Assembly: GCA_964654465.1 (NCBI GenBank)
Contig: CAZZIO010000040.1
Coordinates: forward strand, 128,001 to 192,000
Direction: 5' to 3'
DNA length: 64,000 nucleotides
Source of the DNA: an uncultured Dictyoglomota bacterium
GTDB taxonomy: Bacteria > Dictyoglomota > Dictyoglomia > Dictyoglomales > Dictyoglomaceae
Shown here: positions 31,524-43,792 of the stretch, in pieces
Numbering within the stretch: the stretch's first letter is position 1
Layout of the letters: the number at the start of each line of letters is the position of its first letter
The notes under the pieces: generated by a model
Database searches by the model: none
What the model saw: the letters and a program-made list of their open reading frames with translations, nothing else
Told to the model about the DNA's origin: nothing
Position numbers and translations under genes: made by a program

Positions 31524-32695
31524 AGATTACCAAACTCCCTTTCTAAAATTTTTTCAATCTCTGAAATAACAACTCTCAATGGTATACCCTCTTTTTCGGC
31601 GATTTTTCGGCAATCCTCATACTCAGGATATGTTTTTTCAATATCTCCATATTTAGAAAATTTAACCCTAACTTTACCCCAAGGTGTAACTATCTCTTTA
31701 ATCTCCCTTATCATAAATCTCTTATCTACATAATATTTTCTTATTCCTAAAGTGGTTGTCTCTCTAAAAATAATTTCAGATAATTTTCCTTCATATATAG
31801 GATTTGCTATGACTGTAAGTAGAACTCCAGGCCTACCCTTTTTCATATATACAGGAGTTAAGAAAACATCAAGAGCCCCTTCATTAAACAACTTTTCAGT
31901 TAAATATCCATAAATCTGTGGATTCATATCATCAATATTAGTCTCCAAAACTATATTTTTTTCATCCAATACCATATTTTCGTCCTTTTCTCCTAAAACT
32001 ACTCTAAGAAGATTAGGAAACTGAAAATCCTTTTTTCCGCATCCGTATCCTATTTTCTCAATTTTCATCTCAGGCATATTATCAAAAGATTTTGCAACAG
32101 TAGTTATAATAGCAGCTCCTGTTGGTGTCACTAATTCCCCTTCTCTCCCATCAGTATAAACAGGAACACCTTTAAGGATCTCCAAGGTTGCAGGGGCTGG
32201 AACAGGAATTTTTCCATGCTCTGTATCAACAAAACCTCCGCCTAAGGGAAGAGAAGAAGAATAAATTTCATCCACATTTAAAATTTCTATAGCAATCAAA
32301 GATCCTAAAACATCTATAATAGTATCTAAAGCTCCCACTTCATGAAAATGTACTTCTTCTATGGATTTATTATGAATTTTTGATTCTGCCTCAGCAATTT
32401 TATAGAAAATTTTTTTAGCTTTCTCTTTGATATCCGAGGATAGACTACTTTTTTTCACAATATCAATTAAATCCCGAAGATGTCTATGGGTTTTAGTATC
32501 TTTTATCCTTATGTTTACATCTGTACCATAAAGTGCTCCTTTTTTCTTCTTTGTTACTTCAATTTCATAATCTTCAATAGGAATCTTTTTAAGCTCACTT
32601 TTCCATAATTCTTCATCTAATCCCAAATCCAAAAGGGCTCCTAAAATCATATCTCCACTTATTCCTGAAAAACAATCAAAATATAATATCTTCAT
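31520..32695 (-). CDS. larC: Nickel-pincer cofactor nickel insertase LarC (single uninterrupted ORF)
   Basis: [69 protein letters not shown]. Confidence 0.95.
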   Translation of the reverse strand: MKILYFDCFSGISGDMILGALLDLGLDEELWKSELKKIPIEDYEIEVTKKKKGALYGTDVNIRIKDTKTHRHLRDLIDIVKKSSLSSDIKEKAKKIFYKIAEAESKIHNKSIEEVHFHEVGALDTIIDVLGSLIAIEILNVDEIYSSSLPLGGGFVDTEHGKIPVPAPATLEILKGVPVYTDGREGELVTPTGAAIITTVAKSFDNMPEMKIEKIGYGCGKKDFQFPNLLRVVLGEKDENMVLDEKNIVLETNIDDMNPQIYGYLTEKLFNEGALDVFLTPVYMKKGRPGVLLTVIANPIYEGKLSEIIFRETTTLGIRKYYVDKRFMIREIKEIVTPWGKVRVKFSKYGDIEKTYPEYEDCRKIAEKEGIPLRVVISEIEKILEREFGNL

Positions 32696-33447
32696 TTTTT
32701 CTCCTCCACCATCAAATTTATCATATTTGCTAAATATCCTGCACCAAATCCGTTATCAATATTAACCACCGCTATCCCAGGAACACAACTATTTAACATA
32801 GTAAGCAAAGCTGAAAGGCCATTAAAATTAGCGCCATATCCTACACTGGTAGGTACAGCTATTATAGGTCTTGCTACTAATCCTCCTACCACAGAAGGGA
32901 GTGCTCCTTCCATTCCTGCCACTACAACAATAACATTTGCTTTATGAAATTCAGCTAGTCTATCAAATAATCTATGAATTCCAGCTACCCCTACATCATA
33001 AATTCTCTCAACATTACTTCCCATTATCTCACATGTTACTGCTGCTTCCTCAGCCACAGGAAGATCAGCAGTTCCTGCACAAGAAACAATAACTTTGCCT
33101 TTCCTCTCTATTTCTTCCCTCAATACTGCAACAATCCTTGCTTTTTCAAAATAAATAGCATCTTCAATCTTGCTCTTTACCTTATCAAAAATCTCTTTAC
33201 TTGCCCTTGTAGCGATAACCCTATTATTCACTTTTACTAATCTTTCCATTATTTCCATGACTTGCTCAGGAGTCTTTCTTTCTGCGAATACAACTTCAGG
33301 AAATCCTCTAATAAGAGCTCTTAAGTGATCGATTTTAGCAAACTGTACATCTTCGTAAGGTAGAATTTTTAATCTATCCATAGCATCCTCAACAGATAAT
33401 TCTCCTCTCTTTACCTTGTCTAATATTTCTCTAACTTTCTCTTTCAT
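32692..33447 (-). CDS. larB: Nickel-pincer cofactor carboxylase/hydrolase LarB
   Basis: [63 protein letters not shown]. Confidence 0.95.
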   Translation of the reverse strand: MKEKVREILDKVKRGELSVEDAMDRLKILPYEDVQFAKIDHLRALIRGFPEVVFAERKTPEQVMEIMERLVKVNNRVIATRASKEIFDKVKSKIEDAIYFEKARIVAVLREEIERKGKVIVSCAGTADLPVAEEAAVTCEIMGSNVERIYDVGVAGIHRLFDRLAEFHKANVIVVVAGMEGALPSVVGGLVARPIIAVPTSVGYGANFNGLSALLTMLNSCVPGIAVVNIDNGFGAGYLANMINLMVEEKK

Positions 33448-33519
33448 TCTCTGTCTCCTTAGATAAGAATTTTTAAGTAATATTTATACATTAATTTCTT
33501 CTTTTTTAAAAGGGTTTAG

Positions 33520-33528
33520 TGATAAAAT
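33520..33528 (+). promoter_or_regulatory. Putative extended -10 promoter for the small Cys-rich ORF
   Basis: TGATAAAAT about 33 nt upstream of ATG 33562. Confidence 0.45.
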
Positions 33529-33561
33529 AATAATTAATAAAAAAAGATGGGGGTGTTGAGT

Positions 33562-33693
33562 ATGGCAGAGGATCGTAAATGCAAAAATTGTAAATTCTAT
33601 CAACCCAATCCTAATGATCCATCTCGTGGCACTTGCTTTGGTATACCTGTAAAAGCTGAAAACTGCTGTCCTCAATTTATAGCTAAGTCTTAA
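33562..33693 (+). CDS. 43-aa Cys-rich protein, HiPIP/BssC-like putative [4Fe-4S] mini-protein (not in ORF track)
   Basis: Translated by hand: MAEDRKCKNCKFYQPNPNDPSRGTCFGIPVKAENCCPQFIAKS*. SD GGGGGTG 6 nt upstream; in-frame alternative ATG at 33547. Confidence 0.75.
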   Translation: MAEDRKCKNCKFYQPNPNDPSRGTCFGIPVKAENCCPQFIAKS

Positions 33694-35752
33694 ATTCCAC
33701 TCTTTCTAAATATAATTCTGAATTCCTTATCAGATGTTTAATAAACTCTGGGGAAATTAGATACAAGATAATTGAATAAGGTCTATAGTTAAGGTAATGT
33801 AATGATTTTTTAAAAATTAGGAGGCTCCTTATAAGAACACCAAAAAGAAATAGGATTTTATACTCAATAAAATCCCTTAACTCAAAAAGCTCACGAGGAG
33901 CCTCCAACTTCTTTTCTTTTATTCTTTTAATAACTTCTTTTCGTTCATTTGAAAGATTGTAGAGCATCAATAAGAAACTTTCAGGAAATGTGAAATTTTT
34001 AAATATTCCATCATATCCTTTGGACTCTAACTTTTTAACTAATTTAATACTTCTTCCTAAATCAACCGAATACCCCTTCTCATATAATATAAAACTGGCA
34101 AGATGAAAATACTCTCCTAATTCTAAACCTTTTATAATCTCCAAAAATTTTGAAACTTGTTCAACCTTATTTCTCCAAATCTTAGAAAATTCTTTAGAAT
34201 TAATAACTTTCTTGCCTAAATATATCTCTATAAATTTAGGAACTTGTATATCTAAATCCATTTTATCTAAATTATCTAAAAGATTAAGCCTTACCCTAAT
34301 AAGATGACTATCAGGAATACTTTTTAGATAAGAATTCAATTCTCCTAAAAAATAATCTACCATTGGAGCATATTTTGATCCCTCCTCAGGAACCGCTAAC
34401 ACTCTGGGATGCTTTCTCATTTCTGCCATAAATGGACCTGCCTTACCAATAAGAGCAAATCCATAAGGAAACTTACCAGAATCATATAAAGTTTTGAGAA
34501 AAGTTTCTGCACTATCAAGATTTTCCTTAGACACCAGAACAAAAGATTTACAATGAGGAGAAGATAATCTAATATAAGGCTTGTCTTGATTAATTATTTC
34601 TAAATTACATCTTATTAATACCTTCCTATTACCCTGGAAATTAAAGATCTCTAAAAAATATGGCAGTTGTAAAGTATTTTCTCTCATTACTACTCTTTTC
34701 AGAGGTAACCTTGCCTTATTTAGAGCTGAATTGTAGGCGTTAGAAAATATAATAGGATATTTCAATAATAAATCAAAGAAATAATAGAAGCTTTTATTTT
34801 TTAAATCTTCATACGATGCAATTTTAAGTATATCTGATGTTCTCTGAAAATTAAAATTATAATCTTCTGATATATCCTTAATTATCTTTTCTGCAAGCCT
34901 TATTTGAAAATCAGCTATTGATACGTTTTGCTCCTCTAAGATCTCCTTGGCCCAGTTATATATTTTTCTTGCTCTCTTTAAAATTCCTTTCCTTTCTTCC
35001 CTATTTTTTACTTGTTTTAAAGTTCCTCTTAATCCTAAGATAAAAAGAGTTTTCAAATATCTTAATAGCTCATCATCAAAATATATACTTGAAAGACTTA
35101 TTTCTTCAGGATAACGAGGTACAATTCCATACCATCCTATGGATTTTGAAAACAAATAATATATTTCTGCCTTAGGATTCCTTTGGAAATATGAAGTTAA
35201 TGTCTCTTTATTTGCCATTATTCCAGATCCTGTAAAAACAGAATAATTTTCATAGTCTAAAGAAAAACCAAAGTCAGCCAAGCTTTTTGAAAAATTGTCA
35301 TCTCGCTTTATTATATCCCTAAATTTCCCCCAATCCTTTGCCAACCACAATAGTTTGAAATTTAAATCATTATATTCAGAAGGCTCAATTGGAACCCCAT
35401 ACAAAAGGCCATAAGATATATCTTGATTTATATATACCGCTCCCGTCAATTTTCCTGCATAATCCTCAGTAAGAGTATATCTTCCTGGATCTTTATAAAA
35501 AGGAATCAGTCTATAATCCCCTGTACCAAGTTTCTCATCATGTATAAAAGGAACAAAAGGTAAATTCTCTTTTAAATTATTATAAATTACTAAATCAGTA
35601 ATAAGAGCATCCCATAATAAATTTTGATCACCCTTATAAACCCACTTTATTCCTAAATCAATAAGCTTTTTAGATAAATCTGATGTACAGTTAATCCTAA
35701 GAATATAGAAATTTTCATCTTCTCTTATTATTTCTCTACAAACCACTCCCAT
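33683..35752 (-). CDS. Large hypothetical protein (possible remote BshC-like ligase)
   Basis: 689-aa ORF starting 9 nt after the gyrB stop; only faint motif resemblance. Confidence 0.8.
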   Translation of the reverse strand: MGVVCREIIREDENFYILRINCTSDLSKKLIDLGIKWVYKGDQNLLWDALITDLVIYNNLKENLPFVPFIHDEKLGTGDYRLIPFYKDPGRYTLTEDYAGKLTGAVYINQDISYGLLYGVPIEPSEYNDLNFKLLWLAKDWGKFRDIIKRDDNFSKSLADFGFSLDYENYSVFTGSGIMANKETLTSYFQRNPKAEIYYLFSKSIGWYGIVPRYPEEISLSSIYFDDELLRYLKTLFILGLRGTLKQVKNREERKGILKRARKIYNWAKEILEEQNVSIADFQIRLAEKIIKDISEDYNFNFQRTSDILKIASYEDLKNKSFYYFFDLLLKYPIIFSNAYNSALNKARLPLKRVVMRENTLQLPYFLEIFNFQGNRKVLIRCNLEIINQDKPYIRLSSPHCKSFVLVSKENLDSAETFLKTLYDSGKFPYGFALIGKAGPFMAEMRKHPRVLAVPEEGSKYAPMVDYFLGELNSYLKSIPDSHLIRVRLNLLDNLDKMDLDIQVPKFIEIYLGKKVINSKEFSKIWRNKVEQVSKFLEIIKGLELGEYFHLASFILYEKGYSVDLGRSIKLVKKLESKGYDGIFKNFTFPESFLLMLYNLSNERKEVIKRIKEKKLEAPRELFELRDFIEYKILFLFGVLIRSLLIFKKSLHYLNYRPYSIILYLISPEFIKHLIRNSELYLERVEFKT

Positions 35753-35761
35753 CTTAAATCC

Positions 35762-38121
<2,360 letters not shown>

Positions 38122-38129
<8 letters not shown>

Positions 38130-39204
38130 TATAGAATACTTCTCCGTTTTTCACTAAAAAATGTGGATAATCCTTTAAAAAATCTATTCTCATTGGCAAA
38201 CTCATAAAAATCTGAAACATACTTATACCGTTCCAAACAAGTTTCTGTTTTTCTTCATCTAAATCTCCAAAAAGATCATCTATAATAAGAATTGGCTTTT
38301 CTCTTCTGAATTCGGAAAGAAGTTTTATAGTAGCTAATTTAAAGATTATAAAGGCAAGTTTTCTTTCACCAGCAGATGCATATTTTCTCATATCATATCT
38401 AAGAGAATCTTTCTTTATGTAAAATCTAAGATCATCTCTGTGAGGTCCCACCAATGTGTAACCTTTTTTATTCTCATCCTCAAATGATTCCTTTAGCTTT
38501 AGTTCAAAATTTTCCATTAAACTTTCTTCATTCATATTTTCTAAATTAACAATTGAGTAGTATTCTATTTCCAAAAAGTCTCTTCCCAAAAAATCAAGAG
38601 AAATATTATGAATAAGTTGTCTTAATTTATTAATTATCTTCAATCTTTCTACCAGTATATAAGTTCCACTTTTTACTAAGGAACCGTTCCATATCTCTAC
38701 ATTACCACCACTTTTTAACGTAAGATTTCTCTGATATAAAACCTTATAATACTCAGAAAGTGATTTATGATATTTGTAAGAAAGAGTCGAAATAAATCTA
38801 TCCAAAATATATCTTCTTTCAGATGGGCCTTCTTTGAAACCTTCAATCTCTTCTTGTGAAAAAACAACCGCAGGAAATAGAAATATCATATCTTTTTGCT
38901 TCTTTAATAATTTTTGGTTTATCTTAATTTTTTTATCTGCCTTAGATAAGGCTGTTTCTAAAATCAATTTTTGATTTTGCCATAATACATTACCCTTTAT
39001 ATAAAAGCTTTCCTCATTCCAATTTATTAATTCCTTTTCATATGGTGTTCTAAAGGATTTTCCTGTAAAAAGAAAATAAATACTCTCCAGGAGATTAGTC
39101 TTTCCCTGAGCATTCTCCCCATAAAATATGTTTTTATCGAAAAATCTTAATTGTACATTTTTAAGATTTCTAAAGTTTACTACCCTCAAATCCTCTAAAA
39201 ACAC
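38122..39204 (-). CDS. recF: DNA replication/repair protein RecF
   Basis: NFRN, GENAQGKTNLLESIY, GPSERR, VGPHRDD, SAGE, IIDDLFGDLD. Confidence 0.95.
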
Positions 39205-39419
39205 TAATCATCCCCTATTAATAAATATTTTTCTCCCCCTACTTCTACTACGTCCCCTTTCTTAAGTTTTCTTCCTCTATGAAGTTCTATCTCACCATTT
39301 ACCTTTACTACACCAGAAAGGATTAGATTTTTAGCCTGTCCACCTGTATCCACAATCTTAGCCCACTTCAAAAATTGACCTAAGGTGATAGTATCTGTGT
39401 AAATTTTTATCTCTTTCAT
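39204..39419 (-). CDS. yaaA: S4-domain RNA-binding protein YaaA
   Basis: ITLGQFLKWA, TGGQAK, VKVNGE, RGRKL. Confidence 0.92.
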   Translation of the reverse strand: MKEIKIYTDTITLGQFLKWAKIVDTGGQAKNLILSGVVKVNGEIELHRGRKLKKGDVVEVGGEKYLLIGDD

Positions 39420-40522
39420 AATCTTACTGGCATTAATATATACATATAATTTTCATCTTCTGGAGAAGTTATCAATGCTGGTCCTAAATCAGTTGTAAAT
39501 TTCATTATTATCTCATCCACACTCATATTATCTAAGGGATCCATCAAATATTCCACATTAAAACCAATCTCCAAACTTCCATTTATATCAATCTCTGCAG
39601 GAAGTACTTCTTTAGCAAACCCTCTTTCAGAAGGTAAAGTAGATACAACTACCTCATTGGAATTAATAGTAATTTTCACAGTATTTGTCTGATCAATTTC
39701 AGCAAAAACTTCCATTCTTTCTAAAAGATCAAGAAAATCTTTTCTATTTGCCTTAAAGGATGCTGTAAAATCAGTGGGAATTATTTTATCATAAGCAGGA
39801 AATTGTCCTTGTAGCAGTCTGGAAATAAAATATATCTCCCCACAATTAAAAACCACTTGACTATCAAGGCTTGCCATGTTTACCCTATCATCCTTAGCCT
39901 TTGTTAGAATCTTATGCCATTCTTTTAAACTTTTAGCTGGAATTATGGTAGGTGGAAAATCATTATCTACGTATAATGTTTTTAATGCTAATCTATGCCC
40001 ATCTACTGCTACCACATTAAGTTTTCCATCTTTCCCCTCAAAAAGAACACCTGTAAGAACCTGTTTAATCTCATCTTCAGCTGCAGCAAAAATAGTTTCT
40101 TTAATAGCTCTTCCAAGCTCTATTCTATCTAAGGATATGTTATATTTATCTCCTATATCGCCTATTTCTACTTTTGGAAATTCTTCAGTACTTTCACCCT
40201 GTATCTCTATATCTGAATAACCCGCATGAATTATTGCTCTATTTCTCTCATTTACATGAATTTCTAAGGTAACATCGGGAAGTTTTCCCACAACTTCAAT
40301 AAAAATACTAGCTGGAAGACATACTTCTCCGGGCTCCTCAACTATTACAGGCATACTTAGAGCAAGACCTATCTCAAGATTATTTCCTTGAAGATATAAA
40401 GTATCATTTTCAGCCTTCATATAAACATAAGTTAATATAGGGACAGTAGTTTTTGTGGCTACAGCACTTTTAACAAACAGTAAAGATTGATATAAATCTT
40501 CTCTTTGAGTTATAAATTTCAT
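39416..40522 (-). CDS. dnaN: DNA polymerase III beta sliding clamp
   Basis: MKF start at 40522 with SD GGAGG; PIL, VAVDGHRLA, SRLLQGQFPAY, IGFNVEYL, YILMPVRL. The track's upstream extension is spurious. Confidence 0.96.
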   Translation of the reverse strand: MKFITQREDLYQSLLFVKSAVATKTTVPILTYVYMKAENDTLYLQGNNLEIGLALSMPVIVEEPGEVCLPASIFIEVVGKLPDVTLEIHVNERNRAIIHAGYSDIEIQGESTEEFPKVEIGDIGDKYNISLDRIELGRAIKETIFAAAEDEIKQVLTGVLFEGKDGKLNVVAVDGHRLALKTLYVDNDFPPTIIPAKSLKEWHKILTKAKDDRVNMASLDSQVVFNCGEIYFISRLLQGQFPAYDKIIPTDFTASFKANRKDFLDLLERMEVFAEIDQTNTVKITINSNEVVVSTLPSERGFAKEVLPAEIDINGSLEIGFNVEYLMDPLDNMSVDEIIMKFTTDLGPALITSPEDENYMYILMPVRL

Positions 40523-40598
40523 CCTTCCTTCCTCCTTTTCATGAATTATTCTATATAAAACAATTATACCTTGAGGCCTAAAAAATAAAAAGTTACAT

Positions 40599-40627
40599 TT
40601 GACAAAATTATAATTCCGACTTAAAAT
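40599..40627 (+). promoter_or_regulatory. sigma70 promoter of the rrf2-sufC-sufB operon
   Basis: TTGACA-17nt-TAAAAT. Confidence 0.75.
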
Positions 40628-40631
40628 GTAT

Positions 40632-40654
40632 ATGTTGAGTGAATCACTAAACAT
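40632..40654. promoter_or_regulatory. Candidate Rrf2 operator at the transcription start
   Basis: ATGTTGAGTGA-A-TCACTAAACAT, 11-bp arms with one mismatch. Confidence 0.6.
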
Positions 40655-40669
40655 TTATGGAGAGGAGAA

Positions 40670-41107
40670 ATGATGTTTAAAGTATCAGCAAAAATTGAAT
40701 ATGGGTTAAGAGCTATGATTCTTCTTGGCCTAAATTACAATATTGGAAGACTTTCTTTATCTGAGATAGCAAATAGCGAAAAAATTTCCAAAGAATTTTT
40801 AGCCCAGTTGATGTTAGATTTAAGAAAAGCAAATTTAGTAGAAAGTTACAAAGGTATAACAGGAGGATATTCGTTAACAAGACATCCCAGAGAAATAACA
40901 TTAAAAGAAATATTAGAAGCTTTAGTAGGACCAATTCAAATTATAGAGTGTATACATGAAAACAACTTATGTGATAAACAAAATCTTTGTGTGACAAAAA
41001 ATATTTGGGAATTCATAGAGATTAAAATTTTAGATTTATTCAACAATATTACCTTACAAGATTTAATTACAGGAAATATAAGAAAGGAGGCAAATATTTC
41101 ATTATGA
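40670..41107 (+). CDS. Rrf2-family regulator (IscR-like, three Cys)
   Basis: EYGLRAM, GITGGYSL, EITLKEIL, CIHENNLCDKQNLC. Confidence 0.92.
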   Translation: MMFKVSAKIEYGLRAMILLGLNYNIGRLSLSEIANSEKISKEFLAQLMLDLRKANLVESYKGITGGYSLTRHPREITLKEILEALVGPIQIIECIHENNLCDKQNLCVTKNIWEFIEIKILDLFNNITLQDLITGNIRKEANISL

Positions 41108-41841
41108 CAGAAATGTTAAGAGTGGAGAATTTAAGGGTAGAAATCAAAGAGGAAACAATTCTAGAGAGATTAAATTTTTCCTTAGAGGAAGGTGTACATG
41201 TTCTCTTAGGACCTAATGGTACTGGTAAATCAACCCTTCTCGGTGCCATTATGGGCCTTCATAAGTATAAGTTATCAGGAAAGATTTACTTTTATGGTGA
41301 AGATATTACTGATTTAACTCCCGATCAAAGATTTAATAAAGGAATTTTTCTTGCATATCAACTTCCACCCGCTGTAAGAGGAGTAAGATTAAAGGATATA
41401 TTAAAGAAAATCTTAGATATAGATCCCAAAAAAGACTTACCAGTTGAGATTTATAACTATCTAAAATCTTTAGATTTAGATGAGAGTTTCTTGGAAAGAG
41501 AAATCAATTATGGCTTCTCAGGAGGAGAAAGGAAAAAAAGTGAAATACTTCAACTACTTCTGGCAAAACCAAAACTAGCCTTATTAGATGAGCCTGATTC
41601 TGGAGTAGATATAGATTCCTTAAAGCTTATTGGTGAAGCTCTAAGAAAAATAGCTAAAGAAAGTAATTTACTGATAGTAACCCATAATCTAAAGATCTTA
41701 GATTATGTAGTGCCTGATTCTGTAATTGTCTTATTAGATGGTAAATTTGTGTATAAAGATGGTTTAGAAATAATCCATCAAATTGAAGAAAGAGGATATG
41801 ATTATGTAAGGAGGTTGGTCTATGCTCAAAACTTATCTTAA
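41104..41841 (+). CDS. sufC: SufC/SmsC-like Fe-S assembly ATPase
   Basis: GPNGTGKST, REINYGFSGGERKKSEILQ, LDEPDSGVDID, IVTH. Confidence 0.88.
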   Translation: MTEMLRVENLRVEIKEETILERLNFSLEEGVHVLLGPNGTGKSTLLGAIMGLHKYKLSGKIYFYGEDITDLTPDQRFNKGIFLAYQLPPAVRGVRLKDILKKILDIDPKKDLPVEIYNYLKSLDLDESFLEREINYGFSGGERKKSEILQLLLAKPKLALLDEPDSGVDIDSLKLIGEALRKIAKESNLLIVTHNLKILDYVVPDSVIVLLDGKFVYKDGLEIIHQIEERGYDYVRRLVYAQNLS

Positions 41842-43057
41842 AGAAATTAGAGAAAAAGCTTTTAAAGCTAAAGATAAGCCTGCTATTTTAGGACCAGATA
41901 TAGATTTAGAACCCTATATGAGAACAATAGAAGAAACTCCAATAGGTGATCTGGAAAAACTACCGGATGAAATAAAAGAGAACATCTTATATTCTGGCAT
42001 AACCCCCTCAGAAAATGATAGAGCGGGTACCTACTTTCAAATTAACCATAGTGTGGTTTATGAGAAATTACAAGAAATATATAAAGGAAAACTTGAAATA
42101 ATGTCTATCCAAGAAGCTCTTGAGAAATATGATTGGTTGGAAAATTATTATAGTAGATTAATTCCGCCAGACACAGATAAGTACACTGCTTGGGCAGAAA
42201 TAAAACCTACAGGAGGCTACTTTATCAGAGTATTTAAAGGTCAAAAAGTAGAACATCCTGTTCAATCCTGTCTATATATAAAGGAAGGGAATATAAGTCA
42301 AAATGTCCATAATATAATTATTGTAGAAGAAGGTGCAGAAATATTTGTAACTACAGGTTGTCTTACACATCTTAAGGATCAACCAGGAATCCATATAGGT
42401 ATCTCAGAATTTTATGTAAAAAAAGGTGGAAAACTTTACTTTACAATGATACATAACTGGTCAGAAGAATTTCATGTAAGACCAAGAACTGCTGTATTAG
42501 TTGAAGAGGGAGGTGTCTTTATAAATAATTACGTAACCTTAAAACCTGTTAAATCAATCCAAAGCTACCCAACTGTATATGTGAGAAAAGGAGCTATTGC
42601 TCGTCTCTATAGTATCATCTATGGGAGAAAAGATTCCTACATAGATCTCGGAGGAAGATTGGTTTTTGAAGAGGAAGATGCCAAGGGAGAAATTGTCTCA
42701 AGAATCATAGCAAATGACTCATCCAAGATATATAGTAGAAGTGAAATTATTGGCAAGGCAAAAGGGACAAAAGGATTCTTAGATTGTAGAGGAATACTAC
42801 TTAGTAAGTCCTCTCAAATAGTAGCTGTGCCTATCTTAGACGCTCAACATCCAGAAAGTGAATTGTCTCATGAAGCAGCCATAGGTCCAATTAATGAAGA
42901 AGAAATAGAATACCTTACAACAAGAGGTTTTGATAAAGATGAGGCCATGTCAACTATAACAAGAGGATTTTTAAGTTTAGAAATACCAGGGCTTCCAAAG
43001 GTAGCCAAAGAACAAATTAATTATGCTGTAGCCCAATTAGAAAAAGCTGGGTTATAA
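41822..43057 (+). CDS. sufB: SufB/SmsB-like Fe-S scaffold
   Basis: GYFIRV, PVQSCL, QNVHNIIIVEEGA, GISEFYV, LDCRGIL, SELSHEAAIG, YLTTRG. Confidence 0.88.
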   Translation: MLKTYLKEIREKAFKAKDKPAILGPDIDLEPYMRTIEETPIGDLEKLPDEIKENILYSGITPSENDRAGTYFQINHSVVYEKLQEIYKGKLEIMSIQEALEKYDWLENYYSRLIPPDTDKYTAWAEIKPTGGYFIRVFKGQKVEHPVQSCLYIKEGNISQNVHNIIIVEEGAEIFVTTGCLTHLKDQPGIHIGISEFYVKKGGKLYFTMIHNWSEEFHVRPRTAVLVEEGGVFINNYVTLKPVKSIQSYPTVYVRKGAIARLYSIIYGRKDSYIDLGGRLVFEEEDAKGEIVSRIIANDSSKIYSRSEIIGKAKGTKGFLDCRGILLSKSSQIVAVPILDAQHPESELSHEAAIGPINEEEIEYLTTRGFDKDEAMSTITRGFLSLEIPGLPKVAKEQINYAVAQLEKAGL

Positions 43058-43066
43058 TATGTTTAA

Positions 43067-43789
43067 ATGGAAGAAAGTTTTAAAGAAATCCTTAGAGAAA
43101 AGGTAAAGAATATAGGTATTGAGCTTTCTCCCTCTCAAGAGGAGAATTTTTTTCTGTACTATAAAGTGTTAAAGGATTGGAATAGAAAGATAAACTTAAC
43201 TTCTCTTGAGGGGGAGGAAGAGATTATCTTAAAACATTTTGTAGATTCCCTTACATGTATTATACCAATAAAAGATGAAAAAATAGAAAGGATTATTGAT
43301 ATAGGAACTGGGGCAGGATTTCCCGGCATTCCAATCAAAATTATTATCCCTACCCTTTATATCACCCTTCTCGAATCCCAAAAAAAGAAAGTTTCTTTTT
43401 TGGAAGAACTTATTAAGATATTAAATCTTGATAAAGTTGAAATTATATGGGACCGAGCAGAAAAATTAGGAAAGAATCCTCAATACAGAGAAACTTATGA
43501 TTTGGCATTAGCAAGAGGAGTAGCAAAACCCAATATTGTTTTGGAATATGCTTTACCTTTTGTAAAAATCTCTGGATTATTTCTCGGTCAAGCCACCGAA
43601 AAAAATATAAATGAATGGTATATGGCTAAGAATGTAATATCAATCCTTGGTGGAAACCTGGAAAAGGAAATCTCAATTTCTATAGATTCCACCATTTCTC
43701 GAAAGCTATTAATTATTAGAAAAATCTCTCCAACTCCTGATAAATTTCCACGAAGGCCTGGAATCCCTGAAAAAAAACCACTAATTTAG
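43067..43789 (+). CDS. rsmG: 16S rRNA m7G527 methyltransferase
   Basis: WNRKINLTS, HFVDSL, DIGTGAGFPGIP, RAE, FPRRPGIPEKKPL. Confidence 0.96.
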   Translation: MEESFKEILREKVKNIGIELSPSQEENFFLYYKVLKDWNRKINLTSLEGEEEIILKHFVDSLTCIIPIKDEKIERIIDIGTGAGFPGIPIKIIIPTLYITLLESQKKKVSFLEELIKILNLDKVEIIWDRAEKLGKNPQYRETYDLALARGVAKPNIVLEYALPFVKISGLFLGQATEKNINEWYMAKNVISILGGNLEKEISISIDSTISRKLLIIRKISPTPDKFPRRPGIPEKKPLI

Positions 43790-43792
43790 AAA

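Noticed and set aside
31520..32695. Programmed frameshift in larC
   Set aside because: LarC1 and LarC2 parts are already in one continuous frame.
33484..33675. 63-aa minus-strand ORF in the track
   Set aside because: Antisense shadow of the better-supported plus-strand Cys-rich ORF, which has an SD, a promoter and a motif.
40523..40669. Possible oriC upstream of dnaN, and the track's 44-aa N-terminal extension of DnaN
   Set aside because: No DnaA boxes seen; the region is explained by divergent promoters and an operator, and ATG 40522 has a strong SD.
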